64,000 nt of DNA from the NCBI GenBank assembly GCA_900769695.1, contig CAAGHO010000048.1, positions 4,698 through 68,697 on the forward strand. The letters run 5' to 3'. The DNA comes from Bacilli bacterium (GTDB lineage: Bacteria; Bacillota_I; Bacilli_A; RF39; UBA660). This document shows positions 10,739 to 20,301 of the stretch, one piece after another; position 1 is the first letter of the stretch, and every line of letters begins with the position of its first letter. The notes beneath the pieces were generated by a model that ran no database searches, had not been told where the DNA came from, and saw only the letters and a list, made by a program, of their open reading frames with translations. Both the position numbers and the translations under genes were made by a program.

Positions 10739-11248
10739 ATGAATAATATTGTTTTATATGAACCAGAAATACCTCAAAATACTGGTAATATTATGAGGAC
10801 TTGTGTTGCGACTAATACTAAATTACATCTTATAAAACCACTTGGATTTGTTATTGATGATAAACATTTAAAAAGAAGTGGTGTTAATTATATTGATAAA
10901 CTTAATTACCAAATATATGAAAATTTTGATGACTTCAAAAGTAAAAATAAAGGAATTTACTATTACTTTACAAGATATGGTAAGAAACCACATACTAGTT
11001 TTAACTATGAAAATAAAGAGAATGAAGAATTATATTTTATCTTTGGAAAAGAATCAACTGGTATTCCAAAAGAAATATTAAAAAGTGACTTAGACCATTG
11101 TATGAGAATTCCTATGTCAGAAAATGTACGAGCACTTAATCTTTCTAATAGTTGTGCTATTGTTATATATGAGGCTTTAAGACAACAAGATTATAATAAT
11201 TTACTTAAATATGAACCACATAAAGGAGAAGATTATTTAGAAAAATAA
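10739..11248 (+). CDS. trmL: tRNA (cytidine/uridine-34 2'-O)-methyltransferase, SpoU/TrmL family
   Basis: IVLYEPEIPQNTGNIMRTCVATNTKLHLIKPLGF, FIFGKESTGIP and LNLSNSCAIVIYEALRQ are typical TrmL motifs. Length is 169 aa. Confidence 0.85.
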   Translation: MNNIVLYEPEIPQNTGNIMRTCVATNTKLHLIKPLGFVIDDKHLKRSGVNYIDKLNYQIYENFDDFKSKNKGIYYYFTRYGKKPHTSFNYENKENEELYFIFGKESTGIPKEILKSDLDHCMRIPMSENVRALNLSNSCAIVIYEALRQQDYNNLLKYEPHKGEDYLEK

Positions 11249-11251
11249 ATT

Positions 11252-11280
11252 ATACTGATAATCAATATTATCAGTATTTT
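11252..11280 (+). terminator. Rho-independent terminator after trmL
   Basis: Perfect 11-bp stem atactgataat/attatcagtat with loop caat, followed by TTT. Confidence 0.6.
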
Positions 11281-11302
11281 AGTATCAAGAAAAGGTGATA
11301 AA

Positions 11303-12550
11303 ATGGAACAAACTATTTTAAAAATATTAACAGAAGAACAAATAAAAGAAAATAATACATCAGCTAAAAAAATATTTATAGGACAAACATTGAGGTTACA
11401 AAAACTTTTTGCTGGAAAAATATCAGAAATGTATAGTATTGATGAAGAAAAAATAAATCAGATTTTAAAAATAGAATTTTCTGATAAAGCACTAGGTTTA
11501 ATTGATAATTTATTTTCGTATTTCGAAAGAGATGAAAGTGATTTCTATTCAAAAAATATGAATACAGTAGATCTAATTTTTAATACTTTAAAAGATAATA
11601 GGACTAAAGTAATATACTTGGATAATATAATAAAAAAAATAAATGAGAAAAAAGAGACTGTAAAAGAAATACTTGAACAAATCCCAAAAGAAGATGAAAG
11701 TATTAGTGAAGAAAACTTGCAAATGATATTTAGTAAATCTATTCAAAAAATATTAAATTCTATAAATTTATCAAAAGAAAAACAAGAAGAACTTGTTAAA
11801 ATAGCATTTCATTATTATCAATTATATCAAAGTGATATCGCATCAACTATTGAACAATATTTAGATTCTAATAAAAAAACTAGTATTGATGGTATTGAAG
11901 AGGAAATGGATAAACAAAGACTAAGAGGTAATAAAACAAGTGCTGTAGCAAGGATAGAAAAAGAATTAGCAAATAATTCTAAAAAAGTAATTGATTCACT
12001 TTTAGAAGAAAGCATTATAAATAATAAGAAGAAATCTCGTGAAGAATTAAAAATATGTTCTTCTTCAATTATAGATATAATATTTAAATCATTACCAGAA
12101 GAATATAAACAACAACAAGCATTACTTGAAGTAATTGTAGATACTAATATCAATGAAAGATTAGGAAAGATTTTAGATGAGTCAACAGATGATTTATCGC
12201 AAAAATTAAAAGCTAAAAATCATGATGTTATAGAAAATGAATTCTATGAAGAAAAAAGATATAAAAATATAAAACCATATGAAATAGATCTTGATCAAAT
12301 AGATAAAGTTTATCAAGATGTTCTTCATGAAATTACAATTGCTTATGATATTCCAACAACAAATAATAGTTTAAAAAGATTAAACCTAGTTATTTTAAGT
12401 GAAAGTAATTCAACAAAAAATGTTTTTAAAAATTCAATAAATCACATTAGAGCTGAAAATGAAGTTAATCTAAGTCAAGTTCTTGGAGAAATGAAAGAAT
12501 TAAGTAAAAAAGTATCCTCTATGGACAAAAGAAATAATTCTGCAAAATAA
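11303..12550 (+). CDS. Hypothetical soluble, Lys/Glu-rich, probably coiled-coil protein
   Basis: 415-aa ORF with an AAGGTGA RBS. I recognise no motifs. Confidence 0.45.
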   Translation: MEQTILKILTEEQIKENNTSAKKIFIGQTLRLQKLFAGKISEMYSIDEEKINQILKIEFSDKALGLIDNLFSYFERDESDFYSKNMNTVDLIFNTLKDNRTKVIYLDNIIKKINEKKETVKEILEQIPKEDESISEENLQMIFSKSIQKILNSINLSKEKQEELVKIAFHYYQLYQSDIASTIEQYLDSNKKTSIDGIEEEMDKQRLRGNKTSAVARIEKELANNSKKVIDSLLEESIINNKKKSREELKICSSSIIDIIFKSLPEEYKQQQALLEVIVDTNINERLGKILDESTDDLSQKLKAKNHDVIENEFYEEKRYKNIKPYEIDLDQIDKVYQDVLHEITIAYDIPTTNNSLKRLNLVILSESNSTKNVFKNSINHIRAENEVNLSQVLGEMKELSKKVSSMDKRNNSAK

Positions 12551-12615
12551 AAGTTAAATATCTTTTATTTTTTTTGTCTATAGGCTATAATAATAGATAG
12601 AATAGGAGGGGTTTT

Positions 12616-14178
12616 ATGGTATTTCGTAAACCATATGCTTTTTTCATTAAAAACTTTAGAAAAATTCACTTTGTATTAATCATTTTATGTGGATTTATTT
12701 ATTCAAAAACAATCCAGTTAAGTGCATTTAATAAGAGTTTTATAACTTATTTAAGTTATGATCCATATTTAGAACCAATTTCTAAATACTTAAGTGTATT
12801 ATTATACTTAGCAGTTATTTTAACTATAACTGGATTCTTAATAATCTTGGTAGTTCTAAAAAGAAAAGATAAACCATGGAAATTATATTTAATACCAGTT
12901 ATAGAATATATAGCTCTTTTAATAATATATCTTTATTTAAATAATTTTTATAATACTTATGATGGTTCTTTTGTAACAACTACAATTAGAGCGTTAGATA
13001 ACTTTTTATCTATAGCGACAGTTCCTCAGTACATAGTATTTTTAATACTAATAATTAGAGTAATTGGACTTGATTTAAAGAACTTTAACTTTAGTGCTGA
13101 TGAAGAATTTCTGGATTTAAATCAAGATGATCGTGAAGAATTTGAAATTAGTATAAATTTTGATAAATATGCAATTAAAAGAAACTTTAAAATGGTATTA
13201 AGAAATATAAAGTATGTTTATCAGGAACATAAATTTATTTGTAATGTATTAATTACAATACTTTGTCTTATAACTGCATATAAAACATATTACTATTTTG
13301 GAGTTAGTCATAAAACAATAAAAGAAGATACGTTCTTTAATGTAAATAATTATTCTATGATGATAAATGAAAGTTTCTATACTGATAAAGATAAAAAAGG
13401 GAATATCTTGGAAAAAAACAGTGCTTTTATTGTCTTGAATGTAACTGTAGTTAATAATGGTATAAGTCGTAGTTTTGATGGTAATGATTTTCATGTAGTA
13501 AATGGTTCTAGTAATTATACCTATCAAGGAAATACTTATAGTGATGATTTTTCAGATATAGGTGGGAGTTTTCCTACTGGTAAAATGAAAAATGGAGAAA
13601 AAAGAAACTTTGCTTTAATCTTTAAAGTTGATAAAAAACTAGATTACAAGAAATTTGTATTATATTATCAAGAATATAGAGGTAGTGTTTCATATCTTAG
13701 AAAAATAAAATTAAACTTAAAAAATGTGGAAAAAATCAAAAATAATAATTCGATAAATATAGGGGAAGAATTAACTATAGAAAAACCAAATAATGATATA
13801 AGTAAATTTACTTTTGAAAAATTAGAATTTACAGATAATAAAAACTATAACATTGAAAGTTGTGATGCTAGTTCAAACTGTTCTATAACTACAAAAAATA
13901 TTAAAGCACCTGATAATAGTAAAATACTATATATAGAATTTACTTCACAAGATTATGAAGGAGTCCAGTTAGCAAAGTTTACTTCTAATTATGGTAAAAT
14001 AATATATACAAGTAGTGATGGTTTTTCTAAAGAAGTAGTTCCAACTAGTGTTTTAGCTAATAGGGATTACTTAGGAAAGATGTTATATATAAAAGTTCCA
14101 AATGAAATAGAAAGTGCTAAAACTATAGATTTTATATATACAGTGCGTAATAATAAGTATAGTTATAAAATAAGATAA
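12616..14178 (+). CDS. Membrane protein with N-terminal TM bundle and C-terminal extracellular beta-rich domains
   Basis: It has ~5 TM helices, then FIVLNVTVVNNGISRSFDGNDFHVVNG...GEKRNFALIFKV, which resembles Ig-like DUF4352-type domains. This was not verified by a search. Confidence 0.45.
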   Translation: MVFRKPYAFFIKNFRKIHFVLIILCGFIYSKTIQLSAFNKSFITYLSYDPYLEPISKYLSVLLYLAVILTITGFLIILVVLKRKDKPWKLYLIPVIEYIALLIIYLYLNNFYNTYDGSFVTTTIRALDNFLSIATVPQYIVFLILIIRVIGLDLKNFNFSADEEFLDLNQDDREEFEISINFDKYAIKRNFKMVLRNIKYVYQEHKFICNVLITILCLITAYKTYYYFGVSHKTIKEDTFFNVNNYSMMINESFYTDKDKKGNILEKNSAFIVLNVTVVNNGISRSFDGNDFHVVNGSSNYTYQGNTYSDDFSDIGGSFPTGKMKNGEKRNFALIFKVDKKLDYKKFVLYYQEYRGSVSYLRKIKLNLKNVEKIKNNNSINIGEELTIEKPNNDISKFTFEKLEFTDNKNYNIESCDASSNCSITTKNIKAPDNSKILYIEFTSQDYEGVQLAKFTSNYGKIIYTSSDGFSKEVVPTSVLANRDYLGKMLYIKVPNEIESAKTIDFIYTVRNNKYSYKIR

Positions 14179-14193
14179 AAAACGCTTACTTAA

Positions 14194-14221
14194 TTGACTT
14201 TTTCTTACAATATGATAAAAT
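14194..14221 (+). promoter_or_regulatory. Candidate sigma-A promoter upstream of the surface-protein/sortase/Tad-like operon
   Basis: TTGACT (14194-14199), a 16-nt spacer, then TAAAAT (14216-14221). It lies ~50 nt upstream of the start at 14273. Confidence 0.35.
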
Positions 14222-14272
14222 AAAATATAGATAATAGTAGTGTAGAAATTGGGTTAAAAGGAGAATAAAAAT

Positions 14273-16045
14273 ATGCAAAACAAAAAGAATGAAAAGTATA
14301 TAAAAATTGTAGTAACTGTTTTAATTATTGTGGCATTAGTGTGGTTTTTAGTGCTTAGTCCATTACTTAAATTTAGGAGTATGGAAAAAACATTACTTAA
14401 TGCTGCTAAAAGATATTTTGAAGTTAATGAAAACTTATTACCAACAGGTAATAGATTAAGAAAAATATCATTAGATACATTATATGATAAAGAATTTGTT
14501 AAAGAAGATTTACGTGCTCCTTATACAAATACTTTATGTAATAGTAGTGATAGTTGGGTAAAAGTATCTAAAAATAAAAAAGATGATACTAAATATGATT
14601 ATAATGTTTATTTAGAGTGTGGTGTATTTAGATCTAAGATAGATCACACAGGACCTACAGTAAAATTAAATGGTGAAGATGAGATAACTATGTATATAGG
14701 TGATAAATATAAAGAACAAGGTGTTTCTAGCATCACTGATGATACAGATGGTAATATTGATATCAAAAATGTTAAAATAGATTCTTCAAAAGTTAATACT
14801 AATAAAGTTGGTACTTATGAAGTTACATATGAAATAAGTGATAGTTTAGAAAATAAAACAATAAAGAAACGAATAGTAAAGGTTACTCAAACTTTAAATA
14901 ATATTCTAAAAAAAGGAACTGATAATAATACTTATTTAAAAATAGATGGAATACTTTTCACAGCAGTTGGTATTAATAGTGACAAAACAGTAAAAATTGT
15001 ATCTAGTAATGCTTTAGCAAGTCTAGATTATGATAGTGTAGATAAATGGCTTAATGAGTATTTTTATGAAAAATTAAGTGATAGTGCTAAATCATATATT
15101 GTTAAAAGTAAATGGTGCAGTGATAAGGTAAATGATCCTAATAATTATAGTAAATGCAAAAACTATTCTAAAGAAAAATATGTAGGATTATTATCAATAG
15201 GTGATTATAAGAATGCAAAAAGTGAAAATGATGTAGCCCTAAATAATGAGGATGCAGTTTGGACATATAGTAAAAAAGATAATAATAATGCTTGGATAAA
15301 TTCATATCGTGATGTTTTAGCTGGAATTTTTGAAGATTATAAAGCATCATCTTCAAAGAAAATTGTTGGTATAAAACCTGCTGTAAACATAAAAAAAGAT
15401 GCAGTTATAGTAAGCGGCGAAGGAACAAATGTTGATCCTTATATCCTAGAAGGTAACAATAAAAAAGCAAAACCCGGTGACAAATTATCAGAATCTGTAA
15501 CAGGATCTTATGTAAAATATTCAGGTTATAACTTTAGAGTGATTTCGAAAGAAGAAGATGGTACTGTAAAAGTAATTATGCTTGACCCACTTATTTCAAA
15601 TGATGGTGAATTTTATACAGAGTTTGATACTGTAAAAGAATTATATAATCCTAATAAAAAAACAAATATTGCATATAAGATAGCAAATAAAGCTAGTGAA
15701 TTTATAAAGATTGATTATTTTGATACAAAACAAATTGAAGTTAAACAATATACAAATGTTGTTTCTTACGATAACAAACTTGCTACTAATAAATATAAAG
15801 CTAAACTTTCTTTAGCGAGTCTATTTGATTTATATAGTACAACTAAAACTGATGGAGTAAGTACATGGTATAAAGAAAGTTCTAATAAAGAAAATTATAT
15901 TAATTCAGCATCCATTGGTACAGTGGCTATGGAATTTGATAAAGAAAGAGTTGCTGGTATAAAGTTAGTTGGATATTTAAATAAAGATGTTGTTATAAAA
16001 ACAGGAGAAGGAACTTCAATAAATCCATACACATTAACAAAATAG
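14273..16045 (+). CDS. Membrane-anchored surface protein with an Ig-like domain and two 'W..S...(I/V)KP' + 'GEGTxxxPY' modules
   Basis: It has an N-terminal TM anchor and the segment HTGPTVKLNGEDEITMYIGDKYKEQGVSS...VGTYEVTYEISD, a bacterial Ig-like, DUF5011-type pattern. The repeats SGEGTNVDPYILEG and TGEGTSINPYTLTK are present. The N-terminal region is paralogous to 39783..41045. Confidence 0.6.
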   Translation: MQNKKNEKYIKIVVTVLIIVALVWFLVLSPLLKFRSMEKTLLNAAKRYFEVNENLLPTGNRLRKISLDTLYDKEFVKEDLRAPYTNTLCNSSDSWVKVSKNKKDDTKYDYNVYLECGVFRSKIDHTGPTVKLNGEDEITMYIGDKYKEQGVSSITDDTDGNIDIKNVKIDSSKVNTNKVGTYEVTYEISDSLENKTIKKRIVKVTQTLNNILKKGTDNNTYLKIDGILFTAVGINSDKTVKIVSSNALASLDYDSVDKWLNEYFYEKLSDSAKSYIVKSKWCSDKVNDPNNYSKCKNYSKEKYVGLLSIGDYKNAKSENDVALNNEDAVWTYSKKDNNNAWINSYRDVLAGIFEDYKASSSKKIVGIKPAVNIKKDAVIVSGEGTNVDPYILEGNNKKAKPGDKLSESVTGSYVKYSGYNFRVISKEEDGTVKVIMLDPLISNDGEFYTEFDTVKELYNPNKKTNIAYKIANKASEFIKIDYFDTKQIEVKQYTNVVSYDNKLATNKYKAKLSLASLFDLYSTTKTDGVSTWYKESSNKENYINSASIGTVAMEFDKERVAGIKLVGYLNKDVVIKTGEGTSINPYTLTK

Positions 16046-16060
16046 AGGTAAGTAAGTATT

Positions 16061-16840
16061 ATGAAAAAAGACGATGTAATTAAAAAAAATTCTTGGCGAA
16101 TGCTCCTTGTTGTAGTATTATTAATATTGAGTAGTGTACTTATAATTAAGGGTCAGTATCCATATTACAAAATTGAAGATAAAACAAAGGCTTTAAAATC
16201 TTTTAAAGGAGTAGAAGATGAAAAAGCATTAGGATGGTTAAGAGTACAAGGAACAAATATAGATTTTCCAATTGTTTATTATTATGATACAGATGTAACA
16301 GATTCTACTAATGAGTTGGGATGGACTTATTCAAATAGTAATAAATTAGAAGAGAAAACAACAATATTTTCACATAATATTTTAAATGTTTCTTCAAGGC
16401 CTCTTATTACTGATAAAAATCATAAAAGATTTGAGCAACTAATGAGTTTTATATATACAGATTTTGTAAAGAAAAACAAATATATTGAGTATACAACTGA
16501 TAATAATAATTATTTGTTTAAAATCTATGCTATATCATTTCAAAAAGAGGAAAATTTGAGTTATAAGAAAACTGATTTAGCAAATAAGGAAAAGCAAAAA
16601 TATATTGATAATGCAATAAAGAATAGCTATTTCAAGTTCAATACAGATGTTAAAAATAGTGATAAGTTAATTACTCTAGTTACTTGTACAAGATTTTTTG
16701 GAAATACAACAGATTATTCATTTGTTGTTGATGCAAGATTAGTAAGAAAAAATGAACTTGTTACTAATTATGGTGTAGAAGAAACTAAGAATTATAAAAA
16801 GATTAAGGATATTATGAAAGGAGATGCAGATAATGTATAA
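16061..16840 (+). CDS. srtB: Class B sortase
   Basis: It has an N-terminal TM anchor, then LGWLRVQGTNIDFPIVY, TTIFSHN (catalytic His), LITLVTCT (TLxTC Cys) and VVDARL (Arg). The overall layout matches S. aureus SrtB. Confidence 0.8.
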   Translation: MKKDDVIKKNSWRMLLVVVLLILSSVLIIKGQYPYYKIEDKTKALKSFKGVEDEKALGWLRVQGTNIDFPIVYYYDTDVTDSTNELGWTYSNSNKLEEKTTIFSHNILNVSSRPLITDKNHKRFEQLMSFIYTDFVKKNKYIEYTTDNNNYLFKIYAISFQKEENLSYKKTDLANKEKQKYIDNAIKNSYFKFNTDVKNSDKLITLVTCTRFFGNTTDYSFVVDARLVRKNELVTNYGVEETKNYKKIKDIMKGDADNV

Positions 16841-19820
16841 ATATAAGAAAAGGGTTGGAATTAGTTTTATATTAGCTATGGCAATTGTTTTAGGGGTAAC
16901 TCCAAATGCAAATGCTCTATCAAATCAAAAATCTGCTAATAAAGCATGTGAAAATGCTTTATTTTCAGGGAATATGTTAACTGCGAATGAAAATGATGCA
17001 TCTATCAAAATATATGCCAAAGAAGGTAGATGGAATGTAAAGTATTATATATCAAAAGGTTCAACAGAATTTGATTACAGTGTAGTATTAGCTAATTCTA
17101 ATAATAAAAATGCAGAAAAACCAGAATCTCTTGAATATGTAGGTGGAAGTCAAATTTCAATTCCTGTTGGTAGAGGTAATGCAATAGTTTTAATAGCTGA
17201 GCCTCAAGCATCAGAAGATAAACATGTACTTGATGCAACAGGAACGGCAGTTTTAAAAGCACCTAATGGTCAAAGTAGCGTTACATGTAAGGCAGGAAAT
17301 GTTTCTACAGATGACAATTATTCATTAAAAATAACTGGTACTGCTGCATATATTTCAAACAGCTTTGCTTCAACATCTGTTGTTAGTTCAAGAAATGTCA
17401 GTAATGATGCAGCAGGAGAATGCGAAGCTATGAAAAACGCATGGTATGATAAAGATAAACAAGTAAATTATTTAGGAACAGAAGATGCTAAAAATAGATA
17501 TAATGCTCAAATGAAAACTAGCTTTCCTTATTGCTACTCAAGTTATAATTCATCTTTTGAAGTAACTGCAAGCACCATAAAAAAAGTAAGACAAGCATCT
17601 TTAGAAGCATATAAAGCATATGTTGAATTCCAACAAAAACAACAAGACAATAGCAAGTATACAGCAGCGATAGATGAGATTCAAAAAGAAGGATATAAAG
17701 AATTAAAATATTCTGATAAAGGAATGTCAGTAGGAACTCTTTCTTGTAAAAAAAATCAATCTCTAGCTGCAACAGAAAAATACTATACTACCCATCAAGA
17801 TGTACAAAATGATGCTTGCCAAGTTGATTGTGTTGAACAATTACAAGTTACATATGATCCTCCTCAAGCTATAAAAGGTGGTATGTGTTTCCAATACAAA
17901 GTAACTGTAAGAAGTAAAGTTTCTTGTAAAACAGAACTTAGAAATGAAATAAAGTGGCCATCTCCTAAAGATTCATGTGATTATGCTCCAATTTGTAGTG
18001 GTAATAGTCAAGAAACTCAAGCAGGACCTAGTGAGAAATTTGATTCATGTATAAATAGCTGTGATGGAGGAACTTATTCTCAAAGTTGTATTAACAAATG
18101 TTATAATAAAGTTTATGGAACAAGTAAAAAGACTAAATCAAGTGTTAAGAAAACTTCATCAAATACTACTAATACATCAAGCGTTGTTAAATTAGCAAAT
18201 AACAATGATCCTTACTATAATATAACGTCATGCAAAAACAATAAAGAAGTTGCTGATAATATAGATTATTGTGCTAATCAATTTTATCAATTAAAACAAA
18301 AAGAACCTCTAGGAACGTATGAAGAAGAAGATAAAGGTTGGTATCAATATGTATGGAAGCCGGACTCTAGTGTAAGTCCAGCTACTGATAATACAGGTAG
18401 TTATAGTACAAGTGACAGAAGTTGGATTGAGGCAATCAAAAGATCATCACCATATTATTTTAGAGATTTAGCAACAGCTAAGAAAACAATTCAATCATTT
18501 TATGGAGTTGGTAATGGTTATAATGGATATGGTACGGCAAGAAGATATATTATTGATGATGGTGGTATAAAACGACAAAGAACTAATACCTATTGGTGTA
18601 ATGAAGTATGTGGATTTAAACGTTTAAGTGGAACCAGCGATTGTGTAAGCACTAGCCAACAATTAGAAGACAAATATGTAAAAGAATTTGAAAACATATA
18701 TAATCAATTATCAGAATGTACTTCAAAAGCAGTATGTAAAAGTGGAGTAGTATCATCATTTAATATTGGTGTTGACTATGATACTAAAGATGCTACAACA
18801 AACAAAGAAAACTCTGGTAATAATAGTTGGAATGCAACTAATAAATCTGGAGTTAATGCTGATATGGATAACGTTGGACAAGGCGATAAAAAAATGTTTA
18901 TTCCTATCATCGTAGAAGATGATCAAAGAAAACAAGTTATTCCTGCTGACTTAGAGCCATCAAATACTAATAATGGTATTAATGGTACATGCTATGGTAA
19001 AAATAATGATAAGTATTGGCAACATTATAAAACTACTATTACTTTTCCAGGTACTTGGATTAATTTAAAATCAGCTAAAAGATTATATAAAGAGCCAACA
19101 TCTACTGAAAAAGATTACATGAGAGAAAAGGAAAATTATTATTGTGTTGGCTATGATTATAAACCAGTTAATGAAAAATGGTGGGACTGGAAAATAAATG
19201 GTGTTGGCAATATAAATACTATTAAAGTAGAAAAACCAGATAATATTAAGGCTAAAATAAAAGACTTTGGTAAGTATAATTGGTCTTTAAACTTAAATTG
19301 TTTCTATGGATTAAGTAATGAAGTAACTAAATGTGTTGGTAAAAATTGTAATCCTACATGTACTGGTGGAGAATGTGATACTTCAATAAAGAACGTTAAA
19401 ATGAGAACAGTTGATCAACAAGATTTATTTGCTGGTAGAACTGGGGATAAAGTTGGATTCAACTGGACAAGTGCAGCTCAAGATAAAGTTGCATTAAATG
19501 CTAAAAATTCTAATGCAAAAACATATGGTATAGATCCTGGTGAATATGCAAAAAAACTTCAAACAGAAGCTAAAGGTAATTCAGAAACTGCTTATAGTGG
19601 AAATGCTGATTATTCACTACACCTAACAAAAGAAAACATAAAAGAATTAAGAAAATACGTTAAGAATAATGGTTACACCTCTTATCAAGGTAATGGAGGT
19701 AATTCATATAAAGAAGTATCTGGAATAAATCTATATTATTATACAAGTGGAATTTTAAATAAATCCGAATATACTACTAACTTCAAAAGAAATACAAATC
19801 TTGGAGTAAATAATGATTAA
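16833..19820 (+). CDS. Large secreted Cys-rich protein, unknown function
   Basis: The signal peptide reads KKRVGISFILAMAIVLGVTPNANA/LS. I count ~29 Cys, often in CxxxC, CxxC or Cx3-7C pairs. An AAAGGAG RBS at 16817-16823 favours the ATG at 16833, which overlaps the srtB stop. There is no C-terminal sorting signal. Confidence 0.65.
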   Translation: MYKYKKRVGISFILAMAIVLGVTPNANALSNQKSANKACENALFSGNMLTANENDASIKIYAKEGRWNVKYYISKGSTEFDYSVVLANSNNKNAEKPESLEYVGGSQISIPVGRGNAIVLIAEPQASEDKHVLDATGTAVLKAPNGQSSVTCKAGNVSTDDNYSLKITGTAAYISNSFASTSVVSSRNVSNDAAGECEAMKNAWYDKDKQVNYLGTEDAKNRYNAQMKTSFPYCYSSYNSSFEVTASTIKKVRQASLEAYKAYVEFQQKQQDNSKYTAAIDEIQKEGYKELKYSDKGMSVGTLSCKKNQSLAATEKYYTTHQDVQNDACQVDCVEQLQVTYDPPQAIKGGMCFQYKVTVRSKVSCKTELRNEIKWPSPKDSCDYAPICSGNSQETQAGPSEKFDSCINSCDGGTYSQSCINKCYNKVYGTSKKTKSSVKKTSSNTTNTSSVVKLANNNDPYYNITSCKNNKEVADNIDYCANQFYQLKQKEPLGTYEEEDKGWYQYVWKPDSSVSPATDNTGSYSTSDRSWIEAIKRSSPYYFRDLATAKKTIQSFYGVGNGYNGYGTARRYIIDDGGIKRQRTNTYWCNEVCGFKRLSGTSDCVSTSQQLEDKYVKEFENIYNQLSECTSKAVCKSGVVSSFNIGVDYDTKDATTNKENSGNNSWNATNKSGVNADMDNVGQGDKKMFIPIIVEDDQRKQVIPADLEPSNTNNGINGTCYGKNNDKYWQHYKTTITFPGTWINLKSAKRLYKEPTSTEKDYMREKENYYCVGYDYKPVNEKWWDWKINGVGNINTIKVEKPDNIKAKIKDFGKYNWSLNLNCFYGLSNEVTKCVGKNCNPTCTGGECDTSIKNVKMRTVDQQDLFAGRTGDKVGFNWTSAAQDKVALNAKNSNAKTYGIDPGEYAKKLQTEAKGNSETAYSGNADYSLHLTKENIKELRKYVKNNGYTSYQGNGGNSYKEVSGINLYYYTSGILNKSEYTTNFKRNTNLGVNND

Positions 19821-19834
19821 GGTGGTGTTAATTA

Positions 19835-20281
19835 ATGAATAAAGCATATCTATTGGTAGGTACAATAGTATTAAGTATTTTAGCTCTAGCTGCAATTAAC
19901 TTAATTAGTAATTATTCTTCAGGTAATGAGTTAGATTATTACTTATTAAAAGAAACAACTCAAGCATCTATGATGGATTCATTAGATACGGCGTATTGGA
20001 CAGAAAGAGGAGTATTTAGAATCGACAAGGAGAAGTTTGTTGAAAACTTCGTCCTTCGATTCGCAGCTAATGTTGATAATTCAAGAGAGTATGATATTAA
20101 ATTTTACGATATAAATGAAGTGCCACCTAAGGTTACTATTCAGGTAGATTCTCTAAATTCAAGTTTAACTGTTGATGGTAAATCTAATGTTAATATATCT
20201 ACTAGACTTGAAGGAATTTTAGAGACAAATAATAAAAAAGATCCTATATTGACTACTAAATATTTAAAAGGTAATTATTAG
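19835..20281 (+). CDS. Small protein with an N-terminal TM helix (possible minor pilin or assembly protein)
   Basis: 148 aa beginning MNKAYLLVGTIVLSILALAAINL. The assignment rests on its position immediately upstream of the CpaB-like gene. Confidence 0.4.
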   Translation: MNKAYLLVGTIVLSILALAAINLISNYSSGNELDYYLLKETTQASMMDSLDTAYWTERGVFRIDKEKFVENFVLRFAANVDNSREYDIKFYDINEVPPKVTIQVDSLNSSLTVDGKSNVNISTRLEGILETNNKKDPILTTKYLKGNY

Positions 20282-20301
20282 GATAAGAAAGGAAGAATAA
20301 A

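Noticed and set aside
14438-14452. 'LPTGN' in the 14273 protein as a possible sortase sorting signal.
   Set aside because: It lies ~55 residues from the N-terminus, inside the conserved N-terminal module. The paralogue has LPKNT at the same place. No hydrophobic segment or basic tail follows it.
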